Source: Pseudomonadota bacterium
GTDB taxonomy: Bacteria; Myxococcota; JACRCW01; JAFGSX01
Direction: 5' to 3'
Assembly: GCA_043821645.1 (NCBI GenBank)
Contig: JBDRCO010000083.1
Location: 1-37,886 of the forward strand
DNA: 37,886 nucleotides
The position numbers were made by a program, and so were the translations under genes. Positions 7,918-17,101 of the stretch are shown here, in pieces. The notes under the pieces were generated by a model that saw nothing but the letters and a program-made list of their open reading frames with translations, made no database searches and was not told the origin of the DNA. Every line of letters begins with the position of its first letter. The stretch's first letter is position 1.

Positions 7918-10779
7918 ATGGCCCGATGTCGCGCCTGGGTGTGTGCAGCGGGTTGGCTGGCCCTGGTCGCTTGCCCGGCCGTGGCCCCGCGAGATGCCGG
8001 CCACCTCGATGCGGCATCCCTCGATGCCGCAAGCCTCGACACGGCAAGCCTCGACGCCGCCGGTGGGGCGGACACGATGACGCAGGACGCCGGTCCGGGC
8101 CTCGATCTGGCGCCAATCTCCTGCCCCGAGCCCCCGCTGCTGGTGCCGCCCTGCCCGGTGCTCGACGTCGACGGTCTGCCGCCTGGCGATGCGATCCGGC
8201 CCAACCAGACGGTGACCGTGTCGGCGCGACCCCTGCTGGATGGGCCTTGGCCGGCAGGCGCCCAGGTATCGTGGCGTGTGCTGCAGGCGCCTCCCCTCAG
8301 CCGCATCACGTTGTGGCCCGCTGACGCCGCCGAGACGACCCTCCTGACGCAGCCAGGGGCCCGCGTGGGGATGTACCGGCTCGGCATCGATCGCGTTGGT
8401 CGCTACCTGCTCGAGACCACGCTGCAAGCCGACACCGGCGCCCCCATCGTGCTGACCTGCGAGCTGCGGGTCGTGGCGCCACCAGGGCTCTACGTCGAGG
8501 CGAGCCAGGAGGTCGACACCATCAGCACCAGCCTCCTGATGGTGAGGGCCGACGGCCAGCAGCGCTATTGCCTGCCGCAGGTGACACAGGATTGGCTTGC
8601 CGCGGCCGCGCCCGCGCAGTGGTGCACGGACGACGATGGCGTTGAGGACACGTGCTTCGGCGGCAACTGCAGCGACTTCGCCGCGGCGTGGCCCGACTGG
8701 GACAGCGACTCCACGCGCGGCTCTGCAGGGGATCCGCGTCTCGTGCTGTCCGACCTCCCGGCGCATTTCCCGGACGCCATCTGGCTCCAGCATCCGGTTT
8801 CCGGCACCTACCTCGTGGCAGCGATCCCGATGGCTGGTGCCAGCCCCACTCTGCCCAGCCTGAAGGTGGACTTCCGTCTGTTCGTCGGCGGAGTCCTCCT
8901 GGCCACGGTCCCGACAATGGCCAGCCCGCGGGTCCTGGACGGCGCGCTCGAGCTGACCTGGCCAGACCCCGGTTCGCCAGGGCCCTGCGTGACCGTGCTG
9001 GCGACACAGGAGCACTGGTGCCTCGCGGGGCTCGACACGCTCTGTCTGGGCTGCGGGACGGACAGGAGCTGTGGCCCCGGCACGACCTGCGAGGCGACAG
9101 GCGGAGCCTGCCAGGAGGTCGCGGAGGGCTGCGGGACGGGGGCCGGCTGCGGGACCCACCGCGTCTGCGTGCCGGCCAGCCAGACCTGCGCGTCGACGCT
9201 GTGCAGTCAGTACTGGCGCTGCCCCGAGCTCGACCAGACCTGCAGCGAGGACACCCTGAGCTGCAGCGACCCCTTCGCGACCTGCCCGGGCGATGTGGAC
9301 GAACCCAACGATGACCTCGCCACGGCGCAACCGCTCGTCACCTCACTGCACGAGGACCTGCTGTGCCGGGGCAACGACGATTTCTTCTGGATACCCGTGC
9401 AGGCCAATACCCGGCTGCGCGCGGTCATCGAGATGCAGTCCTTGCGCCATGAGGCCACAGGGACCTGGGCCGGGCTGTACGCGCTCGATGGGACCGAGCT
9501 GCAGTCCGTGACGTCCGAGCACAGCGTCGGGATCGAGCTCAGGCTGGCCACCAACATCCGCACCGACGGGGAGCTCGTCCTGGGCCTGCGCGGACGCGCG
9601 ACGACACTCACGCAGATCCCTTACACGATCCAGCTCGTGGAGGACCCGCCGCTGTACTGCGACCAGGATCCCGGCGAGCCCAACGACACGCTGTCCCAGG
9701 CCGGCAATGCGCGGCTGGCCGAGGGCGAGCACGCGTTGATGCTGTGTGGCGTCAACGACGTCGACCACTACCTGCTGACGCTTCCCGCCAATCGACAGCT
9801 GCGATCGGTCCTGTACTCTGAGGCCACCTGCGGCGCGTTGCACCAGCAGCTCTTCACAGCGCAGGGGCTCCCAACCGAGTTCCACGCCGACGGTCCCGCA
9901 GGCGAGGAGCTGCTGTGGCGCGCCGCCGGTGACAGCGACGAGAGCCTCATCCTGCAGGTGGCGCGCACGCTCACCGTTGACGCAGACCAGGCTTACCAGC
10001 TCGCGATCGAGTACATCGACTGCCAAGACGGTCACGAGCCCAATGACACGCTCGAGCAGGCGGTGAGCGTTGGCAGCGGGACGGTCGAGGGCTCGATCTG
10101 TGGCCCCGAGGATGCCGACCAGTTCGTCATCGAGACCGAGATTGGCGGTGACCTCACCATCGGCCTGGCGGCCACGGGATCCGGCGCCGTGCGCGCCGAG
10201 TTCTGGGATCCCAACCTCTCGCTCCCCACGCCCATCGGCCCGACGACGACCAGCGGGGAGGAGGTGACGCTGCAGCTGCAGGGCCTGCGCTCCGAACGCT
10301 ACCGCGTGGTCGTCATGGGGCCCGGCGATTCTGCGCCCGTGGATCGCACCCCATACGCGCTCCGCGTCGTGGTCGGCGGCCGGCTCGACGGCGGCTCCGG
10401 TTGTGGCGACCCCTACGAGCAGAACGACAGCCTGGCGACCCCCGCCGACATCGAGCCGGGTTCCTTGCAGGCCAACATCTGCCACGGCGGGGATGTCGAC
10501 TACTTCCGCTTCACCGCCCCCTCCACCTCCCAGCTCTCGGTCAATGTGCACGAGCAGCTGGTCAATGTTGTGGTCTTCGACCTGCTGGACAACGCGGGTC
10601 AGCTGATCGCGCACTCCAGCGTGTTCGGGCCCATGCAGCACCTCGAGCTGCCTTCGCTGGCCGCGGGCACCTACCTGCTCCGCTTGGCCTGGTCGGGCGA
10701 GGGGGCCGAGCCCGTCATGCTCGCCTACGACCTCTCGGTCTTCTTGGTTCCGGTCGCCGACGCCGGAGCGGGCGACTAG
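7918..10779 (+). CDS. Paralogous Cys-rich lipoprotein with four PPC-like repeats
   Basis: Lipobox-like LALVAC; collinear with the upstream protein (APPLSR..LWPA, PDWD.D...GSAGDPR, DPGEPND, DCQDGHEPND) plus one extra EQND repeat. Confidence 0.8.
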   Translation: MARCRAWVCAAGWLALVACPAVAPRDAGHLDAASLDAASLDTASLDAAGGADTMTQDAGPGLDLAPISCPEPPLLVPPCPVLDVDGLPPGDAIRPNQTVTVSARPLLDGPWPAGAQVSWRVLQAPPLSRITLWPADAAETTLLTQPGARVGMYRLGIDRVGRYLLETTLQADTGAPIVLTCELRVVAPPGLYVEASQEVDTISTSLLMVRADGQQRYCLPQVTQDWLAAAAPAQWCTDDDGVEDTCFGGNCSDFAAAWPDWDSDSTRGSAGDPRLVLSDLPAHFPDAIWLQHPVSGTYLVAAIPMAGASPTLPSLKVDFRLFVGGVLLATVPTMASPRVLDGALELTWPDPGSPGPCVTVLATQEHWCLAGLDTLCLGCGTDRSCGPGTTCEATGGACQEVAEGCGTGAGCGTHRVCVPASQTCASTLCSQYWRCPELDQTCSEDTLSCSDPFATCPGDVDEPNDDLATAQPLVTSLHEDLLCRGNDDFFWIPVQANTRLRAVIEMQSLRHEATGTWAGLYALDGTELQSVTSEHSVGIELRLATNIRTDGELVLGLRGRATTLTQIPYTIQLVEDPPLYCDQDPGEPNDTLSQAGNARLAEGEHALMLCGVNDVDHYLLTLPANRQLRSVLYSEATCGALHQQLFTAQGLPTEFHADGPAGEELLWRAAGDSDESLILQVARTLTVDADQAYQLAIEYIDCQDGHEPNDTLEQAVSVGSGTVEGSICGPEDADQFVIETEIGGDLTIGLAATGSGAVRAEFWDPNLSLPTPIGPTTTSGEEVTLQLQGLRSERYRVVVMGPGDSAPVDRTPYALRVVVGGRLDGGSGCGDPYEQNDSLATPADIEPGSLQANICHGGDVDYFRFTAPSTSQLSVNVHEQLVNVVVFDLLDNAGQLIAHSSVFGPMQHLELPSLAAGTYLLRLAWSGEGAEPVMLAYDLSVFLVPVADAGAGD

Positions 10780-10827
10780 ACACCGCTGCAGCGACCCTCC
10801 CCCCTTTCCTTCCGTTGCCCCGTGCCA

Positions 10828-10848
10828 CCCCCACCGGACAGGCACCTC
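10828..10848 (+). repeat. 21-bp direct repeat A, copy 2
   Basis: Identical to 5154-5174. Confidence 0.9.
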
Positions 10849-10901
10849 AAGCCCGAAACCCCAACGAGTTCCGGTCCCCCCACCCTTCCAAGCCATTCTC
10901 C

Positions 10902-10942
10902 CGCTTACTTCTTCAGCTTCCCGGCCAGGCAGGCATCTTCCC
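10902..10942 (-). repeat. 41-bp repeat B: orphan copy of the 3' end of the 11898-12167 gene
   Basis: Matches 11895-11935 at 39/41 nt; encodes EDACLAGKLKK* versus EDACLAEKLKK*. Confidence 0.9.
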
Positions 10943-11142
10943 CAGGATATATCCTCCGAGGCGCAGGTCAGCGCTTCACGATCCCGACGCGCACGAGCGA
11001 CACGACCAACCCCACACGTGATACCTCCGAGGTACCCGTGCCTTCCGAGGCGGCATGGCTCTCGCCGTGCGCACTTCCAGCAATCGTGAGCATCTGCTAT
11101 TTTTTGCCCAATCTCGGACACGACACACTGGAGGGGGGATCT

Positions 11143-11847
11143 ATGATTCGCATGAATCCCAGAGCGCGCAGTCGCGTCTCGCACTTCCTGTCTCGACGAT
11201 ATTTCTGGCTCTCCACAGTGCTCGCCATCGGTGGTGCTGGTGCCGCCGGTCTTGCGTTCGCCGGCGCTGCGAACCAGGCGATCAAGCTGCGCAGCAAGCC
11301 CGCCATGTGCATGTCGCTCAAGAACAATAATTGGGACAACGGCAACCCGTTGATCCTGGCGCCCTGCAGCGGGCCCGCGAGCCAGGTCTTCTGGCGCTAC
11401 GAGTCGGGCAAGATCCAAGCTGCCAGCAAGACGACCAAATGCATCGTCAAGAAGAACGACAATTTCGACAACGGCAACCCGATCCAGCTCGGGGATTGCT
11501 CGGGGCCTGACCGCAACGTGAAGTGGGCCTTCAACCCGGCGCCGGGTTTCTTCATGCTTGGCGGCAATCCAGGCAAGTGCATCGCCAAGAAATATGGCAA
11601 CACCGATGCAGGCAACCCCATCCACCTGTGGGACTGTTCCGGCAGCGCCGGCAATCTTCGGTGGTCACTCGGCGTCCCGAGCGGGAGCGACGGCATGGGT
11701 ACTCCTGGCGCATCCGGTCCTGGTACCGGCGGCCAGTCCAGTGCGAACAGCTCTTCGGCGGCTGGCCAGACGAACCAGGCGTCGCAGAACACCGACTCGA
11801 CGACACCCGTTCCTGGTGCTCCGACGCAGGCGGGTTCCAGCCAGTAG
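11143..11847 (+). CDS. Secreted ricin-B (beta-trefoil) lectin-like protein, possible Tat substrate
   Basis: GGAGG RBS; SRRYF followed by a hydrophobic signal; three repeats C-x(7-8)-[ND][GA]GNP[LI].L..CSG....W; Ser/Gly/Thr-rich tail. Confidence 0.8.
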   Translation: MIRMNPRARSRVSHFLSRRYFWLSTVLAIGGAGAAGLAFAGAANQAIKLRSKPAMCMSLKNNNWDNGNPLILAPCSGPASQVFWRYESGKIQAASKTTKCIVKKNDNFDNGNPIQLGDCSGPDRNVKWAFNPAPGFFMLGGNPGKCIAKKYGNTDAGNPIHLWDCSGSAGNLRWSLGVPSGSDGMGTPGASGPGTGGQSSANSSSAAGQTNQASQNTDSTTPVPGAPTQAGSSQ

Positions 11848-11897
11848 CTGGAGACCGCAGTCGCTGCTCGCGCCAGCCGCGCACGTGCTCGTGTCGC

Positions 11898-12167
11898 TTA
11901 CTTCTTCAGCTTCTCAGCCAGGCAGGCATCTTCCCGGCAGGCATTGCAGGCCAGGCGACGACGCCAGGGGGCAAGGAAGTGAAAGCCCAGGTTGTGGGCG
12001 AGCAACTGCCTCAGGCTGAGATACTTGACGAAGGCCCGCCCGTCCTCGTGCTCTTCCATCCCCAGCAGCCGGAAGTACACCGGCAGCACCACCAGCCCCC
12101 AGAAGTCTGCCCAGACTTCTGCACAGGCACCCCTGAAGGCCACCACCGCCCGCCTGACCTCTGACAT
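11898..12167 (-). CDS. Small hypothetical backbone protein (89 aa, C-terminal CxxC)
   Basis: ATG 12167 behind GGGGGA; ends LACNACREDACLAEKLKK. Confidence 0.6.
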   Translation of the reverse strand: MSEVRRAVVAFRGACAEVWADFWGLVVLPVYFRLLGMEEHEDGRAFVKYLSLRQLLAHNLGFHFLAPWRRRLACNACREDACLAEKLKK

Positions 12168-12297
12168 GCATTCCCCCCGAAGCGCAGCCCGACAAAACGA
12201 AACGCGCATCATATCACGTCCCGCCACCAACTTTGCTCTTGCATCTTTCGCAGCAATTCCTTCGAAGGCAGTTTCCTCGCACCGCCACACAGGTCTC

Positions 12298-13245
12298 TCA
12301 AGAACCCACCACCCCGCACCTCTCCCCCGTCACCCTCTCCACCCTCCGCGCCGTCATCGCACTGTCCGCCACCTGCAGGACTGAATCGAACTGCCCCTGC
12401 AGCCTGAGCTTCGACGCTATCTGCTCGTTCGAGTAGTTGTGCGAGAAGAACTCGATGGCCACGCTCTGCACCGGCTGACCCGGATACTGGACCTTTAGGC
12501 ACACGTCCGGCGAGGCATCGTAGACCTCGCCCAGGCTCGTCCCCGTCCTGCTCTTGAGAGCCCTCTCCCTGGCCTGCAGGTGCACCTCCAGCAGGTAGGG
12601 CACCTGCTTGCCGTCACCCAGCTCGACCGGAACGAATCGCCCTCCCCTGGCCTCCACCTGGGCCCTGTAGGCCTCGACGGCCTTCAGGGTGGCCAGGTGA
12701 TGCTCCACGTGCCGTGGGTGCATCCTGCGAGGTCTGGGGGCCGCGATGACCCCTGCCCCTTTCGTGCTGAGGTAGGCGACGGGCTCGCCCTGCTGCACCA
12801 GGCTGACGAGGCCAGCATCCCTCAACCTTTCAAGCCGGGTCCTGGCTGCCCGCTCCGGATTGGCGTGCTGCCCGAAGTGCCGCTGCGCCACCAGGGCGAC
12901 GGAGCAGCAGCGGTCGTGCCCCAGCTCCCTGAGCAGCTTCAGGTCCCGGTCCGTCAGCGAGACGGGCCTCAGGCGCCGGGCCGGCCTGCGAGCGACCGTG
13001 ACCCCTCCGAAGCTCAGCTCCGATTCCGTGCACAGCCCCTCATCCTTGAGCCTGGCCTTCACCTCCAGCACCGGATGACTTTTTCGGAACTCGGGACTCC
13101 CTATCCTGTGTCTCCAGCGCTTGAAGGTCCCGTACAAGATGCCCAGCTCGGCGCAGTAGTCCACCTGGGTGAGCGTCTCCTCACCTTCCCTGCGCTGCTG
13201 GTAGCCCTCGACGATCTCTTTCCACTCGGCGCGGGATCGCGTCAT
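12298..13245 (-). CDS. Replication-relaxation (Replic_Relax)-like protein with an N-terminal IS66-OrfA-like HTH; candidate relaxase
   Basis: LTDRDLKLL...HF...ARTRLERLRDAGLV...YLSTKG wHTH, HHL motif, PD...AIE..S....I..K nuclease-like motif; ATGA-coupled to the coupling-protein gene. Confidence 0.7.
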   Translation of the reverse strand: MTRSRAEWKEIVEGYQQRREGEETLTQVDYCAELGILYGTFKRWRHRIGSPEFRKSHPVLEVKARLKDEGLCTESELSFGGVTVARRPARRLRPVSLTDRDLKLLRELGHDRCCSVALVAQRHFGQHANPERAARTRLERLRDAGLVSLVQQGEPVAYLSTKGAGVIAAPRPRRMHPRHVEHHLATLKAVEAYRAQVEARGGRFVPVELGDGKQVPYLLEVHLQARERALKSRTGTSLGEVYDASPDVCLKVQYPGQPVQSVAIEFFSHNYSNEQIASKLRLQGQFDSVLQVADSAMTARRVERVTGERCGVVGS

Positions 13246-15368
13246 CCCTGCCCTCCCCTTTTCTGAATTACGGCACGGATCGTGAGGAAATCTGCGACCT
13301 CCCAGTCCGCAACCAGCTCCTTTTGGCAGTGCGAGCATACCAGCTTGCGATCGTGGGGGTGATAGTTATGAACCTCTCCTGTCGTGCAGACCACGTTCGG
13401 GTGCTTCATCGGATCCAGGAGATAGTAGGGCAGCCTGAACCAGGGACAGGTCTCGATGACCCTCGACTCTCTCTGTGTCACCCCGTCGAAGATGTGGGCG
13501 ATGGCCTGAAACTGCCTCAGGTGCTGGATGGCGTGAGCGCTGAAGCGCTTGCGCTCGCGCTCGGAAAAACTCCTGTTGGCGCCGAGCCCCCGGCTGCGCC
13601 CTCCCCTCGTCTGCACCAGCGGCGAGCTGGTCACGCCCGAGAGGTTTTCCGAAAAGGACATCGTCTCCTGCACCTCCACCGTGTCGCCGAGGCTGTCGGA
13701 GAACTCCCTGGCCGTCTCGTCCGAGACGGACAGCACCACCTTGCTGCGGGTGTTGGACTGCAGGATGCCCCTGTACTCGCGAGGCACCTGCGAGATGGAT
13801 TGGGTGAGCAGCACCGTCGAGACCCGGCACTCCCGGCTCACCGCCATGAAGTCGCCGAGCTTCTTGTTCAAAAAGGCGTGCGCCTCGTCGACCAGCAGCA
13901 TCACCGGCCGCTGCCTGTTCCCCTTGAAGGCCGCATCGCAGCGCTTGAGCATGGCCTGCTGGAAGTTCTTGAGCACGAGGATCCCCAAAAGCCTCGACAG
14001 CCCGTCCGTGAAGCGAGCAGGAGGGCAGGAGAACACCACGATGCCTGGCCTGTTCAGGATCTCCTCGGTCCAGCCCTCGAACGGCCGTCGTCCCCCGTCA
14101 TTCGCGCAGAAGGCCTCCTGCACGGACCTGTTGGTGAGCAGCGTGAGCTGGGCAGCCAACCCCCTCAAAAGCCCTGCCTGGTCCTTGGCATCGAGCCTTC
14201 CGAACTCGTTGAGGAAGTAGTCCCTCGACGCTGCCACGCCCGGGTCGACCACGGCCGGCAGGCTGGCGATGGTGCAGGTCCGGTCCTCGGTCGAGGCTGC
14301 GAAGTTCTTGACGTCGACGAGGTCGGGGGCTCCTCCCCTGGCAGCGGACAGCACCCGCAGGCAGTGCACCAGGAACTCCTTCTGCACCGTCTGGAAGTAG
14401 TCCGGGGAAGGCCTGTCCTTGGTCGACTCCAGGGCTTCCTGGAACTCGATGGCGAGCAGGTCCGTGTCCTGCCAGCCGCTCAGCACGTTGAAGGACACGT
14501 GGCTGGCCTGGGGGATGGTGTCGACGAGGTCAGGCCTCAGCACGTGAAAGTCCTGATCGCGGCCGAAGGCCCTGGCCCAGGCGTGGTAGCGTGGCGTCTG
14601 GTTGCCCTTGAGATCCAGCACCACCAGCGAGGGCTGCCTGTCCCTGTCGCCCTGGAACTTTTGAAAAAGCTGCAAGGCGATGGGATCCGCTATCTGCGAG
14701 GTCTTGCCCGAGCCGATCTGTCCGACGGAGAGGAAGTTCCCAAAAAGCCCCTCCTCCGGCCACACCACCCACTCCCTGTCGCCCTTGACGCCGTGCTCCC
14801 AGTCCTCGGGCCGCGACAGCCCGAGCGTGAGGTCGTAGCTCTCCGCCTGCGACTTCACCTGCTCCTGGTAGCTGCCGAGCTTCCTGCCGGCGAACCCCCT
14901 CAAGGGGTGCAGCACCAGCCCATAGATGAGGAGTGATGCCATGAGCGCACTGGCGAGCACCGAGGTCTGCACCACCTCGTCCCCGAGCAGCCTGTGCACC
15001 ACCTCCCCATCCTCGGCCACCTTCAGCAGGACGTACCCGAGCGTCGCTGCCATGCCATAGGCCAGGGCGCGATTGACCCGGAACAGCACCGGCACCACAG
15101 CCTTCCGGCGGTCCCACCTCCGGACCTGCTCCAGCAAGCACAGCACAGCCACCAGTCCGAGCAGCCACTCCCCGGCCGTGCGCACCTCGCGGCTGCGGCC
15201 GGTCAGCCTCAGCAGGTGCTCCTGAAGCTGCGGCACCGTCTGCGAGCCCTTGATGAGCAGCACCACTGCCAGCCCCAGGCAGGCGACGAACAGCACCGGA
15301 GCCAGCCACAGGTCCTTCCCCAGCAGGTTGTCCTCGGGTAGCTCGTAGCGCAGCAGACGTCCGTTCAT
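13242..15368 (-). CDS. virD4: Type IV coupling protein (VirD4/TraD-like ATPase)
   Basis: About four N-terminal TM segments, Walker A GQIGSGKT, VLDLKG, Walker B LLVDEAH, SRE...LLTQSISQ, TAREFSDSLG. Confidence 0.88.
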   Translation of the reverse strand: MNGRLLRYELPEDNLLGKDLWLAPVLFVACLGLAVVLLIKGSQTVPQLQEHLLRLTGRSREVRTAGEWLLGLVAVLCLLEQVRRWDRRKAVVPVLFRVNRALAYGMAATLGYVLLKVAEDGEVVHRLLGDEVVQTSVLASALMASLLIYGLVLHPLRGFAGRKLGSYQEQVKSQAESYDLTLGLSRPEDWEHGVKGDREWVVWPEEGLFGNFLSVGQIGSGKTSQIADPIALQLFQKFQGDRDRQPSLVVLDLKGNQTPRYHAWARAFGRDQDFHVLRPDLVDTIPQASHVSFNVLSGWQDTDLLAIEFQEALESTKDRPSPDYFQTVQKEFLVHCLRVLSAARGGAPDLVDVKNFAASTEDRTCTIASLPAVVDPGVAASRDYFLNEFGRLDAKDQAGLLRGLAAQLTLLTNRSVQEAFCANDGGRRPFEGWTEEILNRPGIVVFSCPPARFTDGLSRLLGILVLKNFQQAMLKRCDAAFKGNRQRPVMLLVDEAHAFLNKKLGDFMAVSRECRVSTVLLTQSISQVPREYRGILQSNTRSKVVLSVSDETAREFSDSLGDTVEVQETMSFSENLSGVTSSPLVQTRGGRSRGLGANRSFSERERKRFSAHAIQHLRQFQAIAHIFDGVTQRESRVIETCPWFRLPYYLLDPMKHPNVVCTTGEVHNYHPHDRKLVCSHCQKELVADWEVADFLTIRAVIQKRGGQG

Positions 15369-15490
15369 GTCTCCAGCTCCTTGGTTTCGATGCCGTTTCC
15401 AGATCGTGCCGGTCCCTTGTGGTTTCTCGAAATACCTCTTGTGTCCCTGTGGTACCCCCTGGTATACATCGCGAGAGAACGGAGGACAAC

Positions 15491-16585
15491 ATGAACCTGG
15501 ACCCGCACGGCACGGCCATCCTCACCTTCGTGGCGCACCACCGCTGCGCGACCTCGGGGCAGATACGCTTCGGGGCAGGACTTCCCTGGGGCTCGGAGCT
15601 GACCTTCAAGCAGACGCTCGGCGAGCTGCGCTCTGCCGGGCTTCTGGGCCTGTACAGGATCCCGGCGTCAGGCCAGCGCGTCTATCACCTGACCCGCAAG
15701 GGCCTGCAGCAGGTGACCGCCCTGGGCGAGCCTTCCGACCTCTTTCAGAAGCATCCGGACGAGAACTGGGCCATCCACGGCTGGCTGCGCTCCCAGCTCC
15801 ACTGCGTGCTCACGCTCCAGGGCTGGAACGTCGGCCGCGGTGCAGCCGCCGTCGAGGCACTCCGCTCAAGGCTCCTGCTGGGCAGTCGCCACAGCAAGGA
15901 CCTCGCCCGCCTGGTTCGTCTCTCCCCCCTGCTTGAGGTCCCCGAGGTACACCGCTGCGACTGCGGCAGCACCGTGGCGGATGGCATCTCCCAGGCTCGC
16001 TGCCTCGGCTGCTGCACCTCGGTGCCCTACCCCGCCACCTCCATCCACCGCTGCCGTCACTGCGGCTTCACCTCGGTCGAGCCCGTCGAGTTCCACGACA
16101 GGCCCGACACGGCCCAGCGCTGCCTGCGCATCGCCCGGCCAGACCACCTGCTGCCCTTCGACGTGGCCTTCCGCCACCTCGACGGTGAGCCCCTGGTCAT
16201 GCTGCTCCTCGTCGACAACATCCAGCGCAGCGTGACCTCTCAGCTTGGCGAGCTTCCCCTGCGCTACTCCGTCTACGACGCCGGGCTGCATCGCAACGTG
16301 CACCCCGAAAAGCTCCCTCTCATGGTCGTCCCTGCCAACGATGGCAGCGTGTTCGACCCTGTTCGGGACTCCTGGTCCAACCGGGGACCGAGGCTGCGGG
16401 CCTTCCAGCAGCACTTCGACCCGCAACGGCCGGCTATCGATTTCCCATTCTCGCGGACTGCCACCCTCGTCCAGCCGCCAGCCAGCGTGTGCTGGGAGGT
16501 CCTGCGCGTCCCCGGGTCCATCAACGGAGCTGCTGGCTCAGGCCAGTGGCAGGAGGAGGTGTGCTGTGACATCAAGGTTGCGTAG
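15491..16585 (+). CDS. wHTH/Replic_Relax-like protein with inserted Zn-finger; first gene of the tra operon
   Basis: GGAGGA RBS; AILTFVAHHRCATSGQI...LRSAGLL...VYHLTRKG wHTH; CDCG, CLGC and CRHCG knuckles; PFDVAF...LLVDN resembles a degenerate nuclease core. Confidence 0.6.
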   Translation: MNLDPHGTAILTFVAHHRCATSGQIRFGAGLPWGSELTFKQTLGELRSAGLLGLYRIPASGQRVYHLTRKGLQQVTALGEPSDLFQKHPDENWAIHGWLRSQLHCVLTLQGWNVGRGAAAVEALRSRLLLGSRHSKDLARLVRLSPLLEVPEVHRCDCGSTVADGISQARCLGCCTSVPYPATSIHRCRHCGFTSVEPVEFHDRPDTAQRCLRIARPDHLLPFDVAFRHLDGEPLVMLLLVDNIQRSVTSQLGELPLRYSVYDAGLHRNVHPEKLPLMVVPANDGSVFDPVRDSWSNRGPRLRAFQQHFDPQRPAIDFPFSRTATLVQPPASVCWEVLRVPGSINGAAGSGQWQEEVCCDIKVA

Positions 16586-16865
16586 CTCTGTCCTCGTCGT
16601 CCTCGCCCTGTGCATGTCCATGCCTGCCCTCGCCGCCGGCGGCGTGGGTGGCGACATGGGCAGGTTCGGCGACCTCATCAACACCGGCATCACCTGGCTG
16701 CAGGGCCTGGCCCTGGCCGGCTGCGCCATCGGCTTCATCCGCTCCGGCGTCATGTACAACTCCGGCGATCCCCAGGCCCGGGACGCAGCCAAGGGCGCGG
16801 CCATGGGCGCCGCCGTGGTCGCGGGCGCCGTCATCATCGTCCAGTTCGTGAAGGGCTTCTTCTAG
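16566..16865 (+). CDS. VirB2/TrbC-like pilin
   Basis: GTG behind AGGAGG; signal peptide ending PALA; two hydrophobic helices around GDPQARDAAKG; position before the VirB3/VirB4-like genes. Confidence 0.78.
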   Translation: MTSRLRSSVLVVLALCMSMPALAAGGVGGDMGRFGDLINTGITWLQGLALAGCAIGFIRSGVMYNSGDPQARDAAKGAAMGAAVVAGAVIIVQFVKGFF

Positions 16866-17101
16866 TGAACCCGACGACGACAGGACCCGCCGGGCCGCAC
16901 CCGCACGAGCTGTCCATCCACTCGACCTCGGTCGAGCAAGCTCCAGCCTCCCCTGGCCAGCAGTGGGAGGACTGGTCCGGCTCCCTCGCCATGGCCCTCG
17001 CGCCCGTCCTCACCGTCCTGCTGATCCTTTCCCACTTCAAGCGGGTAGCGCGCCTGCTCGGCTCTCCCGAACCTCCCTTCAAGGCAGCGAACCATGGATG
17101 A
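16865..17101 (+). CDS. Small single-TM membrane protein
   Basis: GTG overlaps the pilin stop; hydrophobic LAMALAPVLTVLLIL; overlaps the next start. Confidence 0.5.
   Translation: MNPTTTGPAGPHPHELSIHSTSVEQAPASPGQQWEDWSGSLAMALAPVLTVLLILSHFKRVARLLGSPEPPFKAANHG

Noticed and set aside
5193-11625. Long antisense ORFs (5193-6311, 6501-8387, 7711-9330, 9343-11625) and similar ones over the tra operon (13323-14936, 23610-24995)
   Set aside because: Shadow frames of high-GC3 genes; no motifs, and they fully overlap well-supported genes on the other strand.
13080-13245. IS66 insertion sequence
   Set aside because: Only a short HTH resemblance; no TnpB/TnpC transposase genes or terminal inverted repeats.
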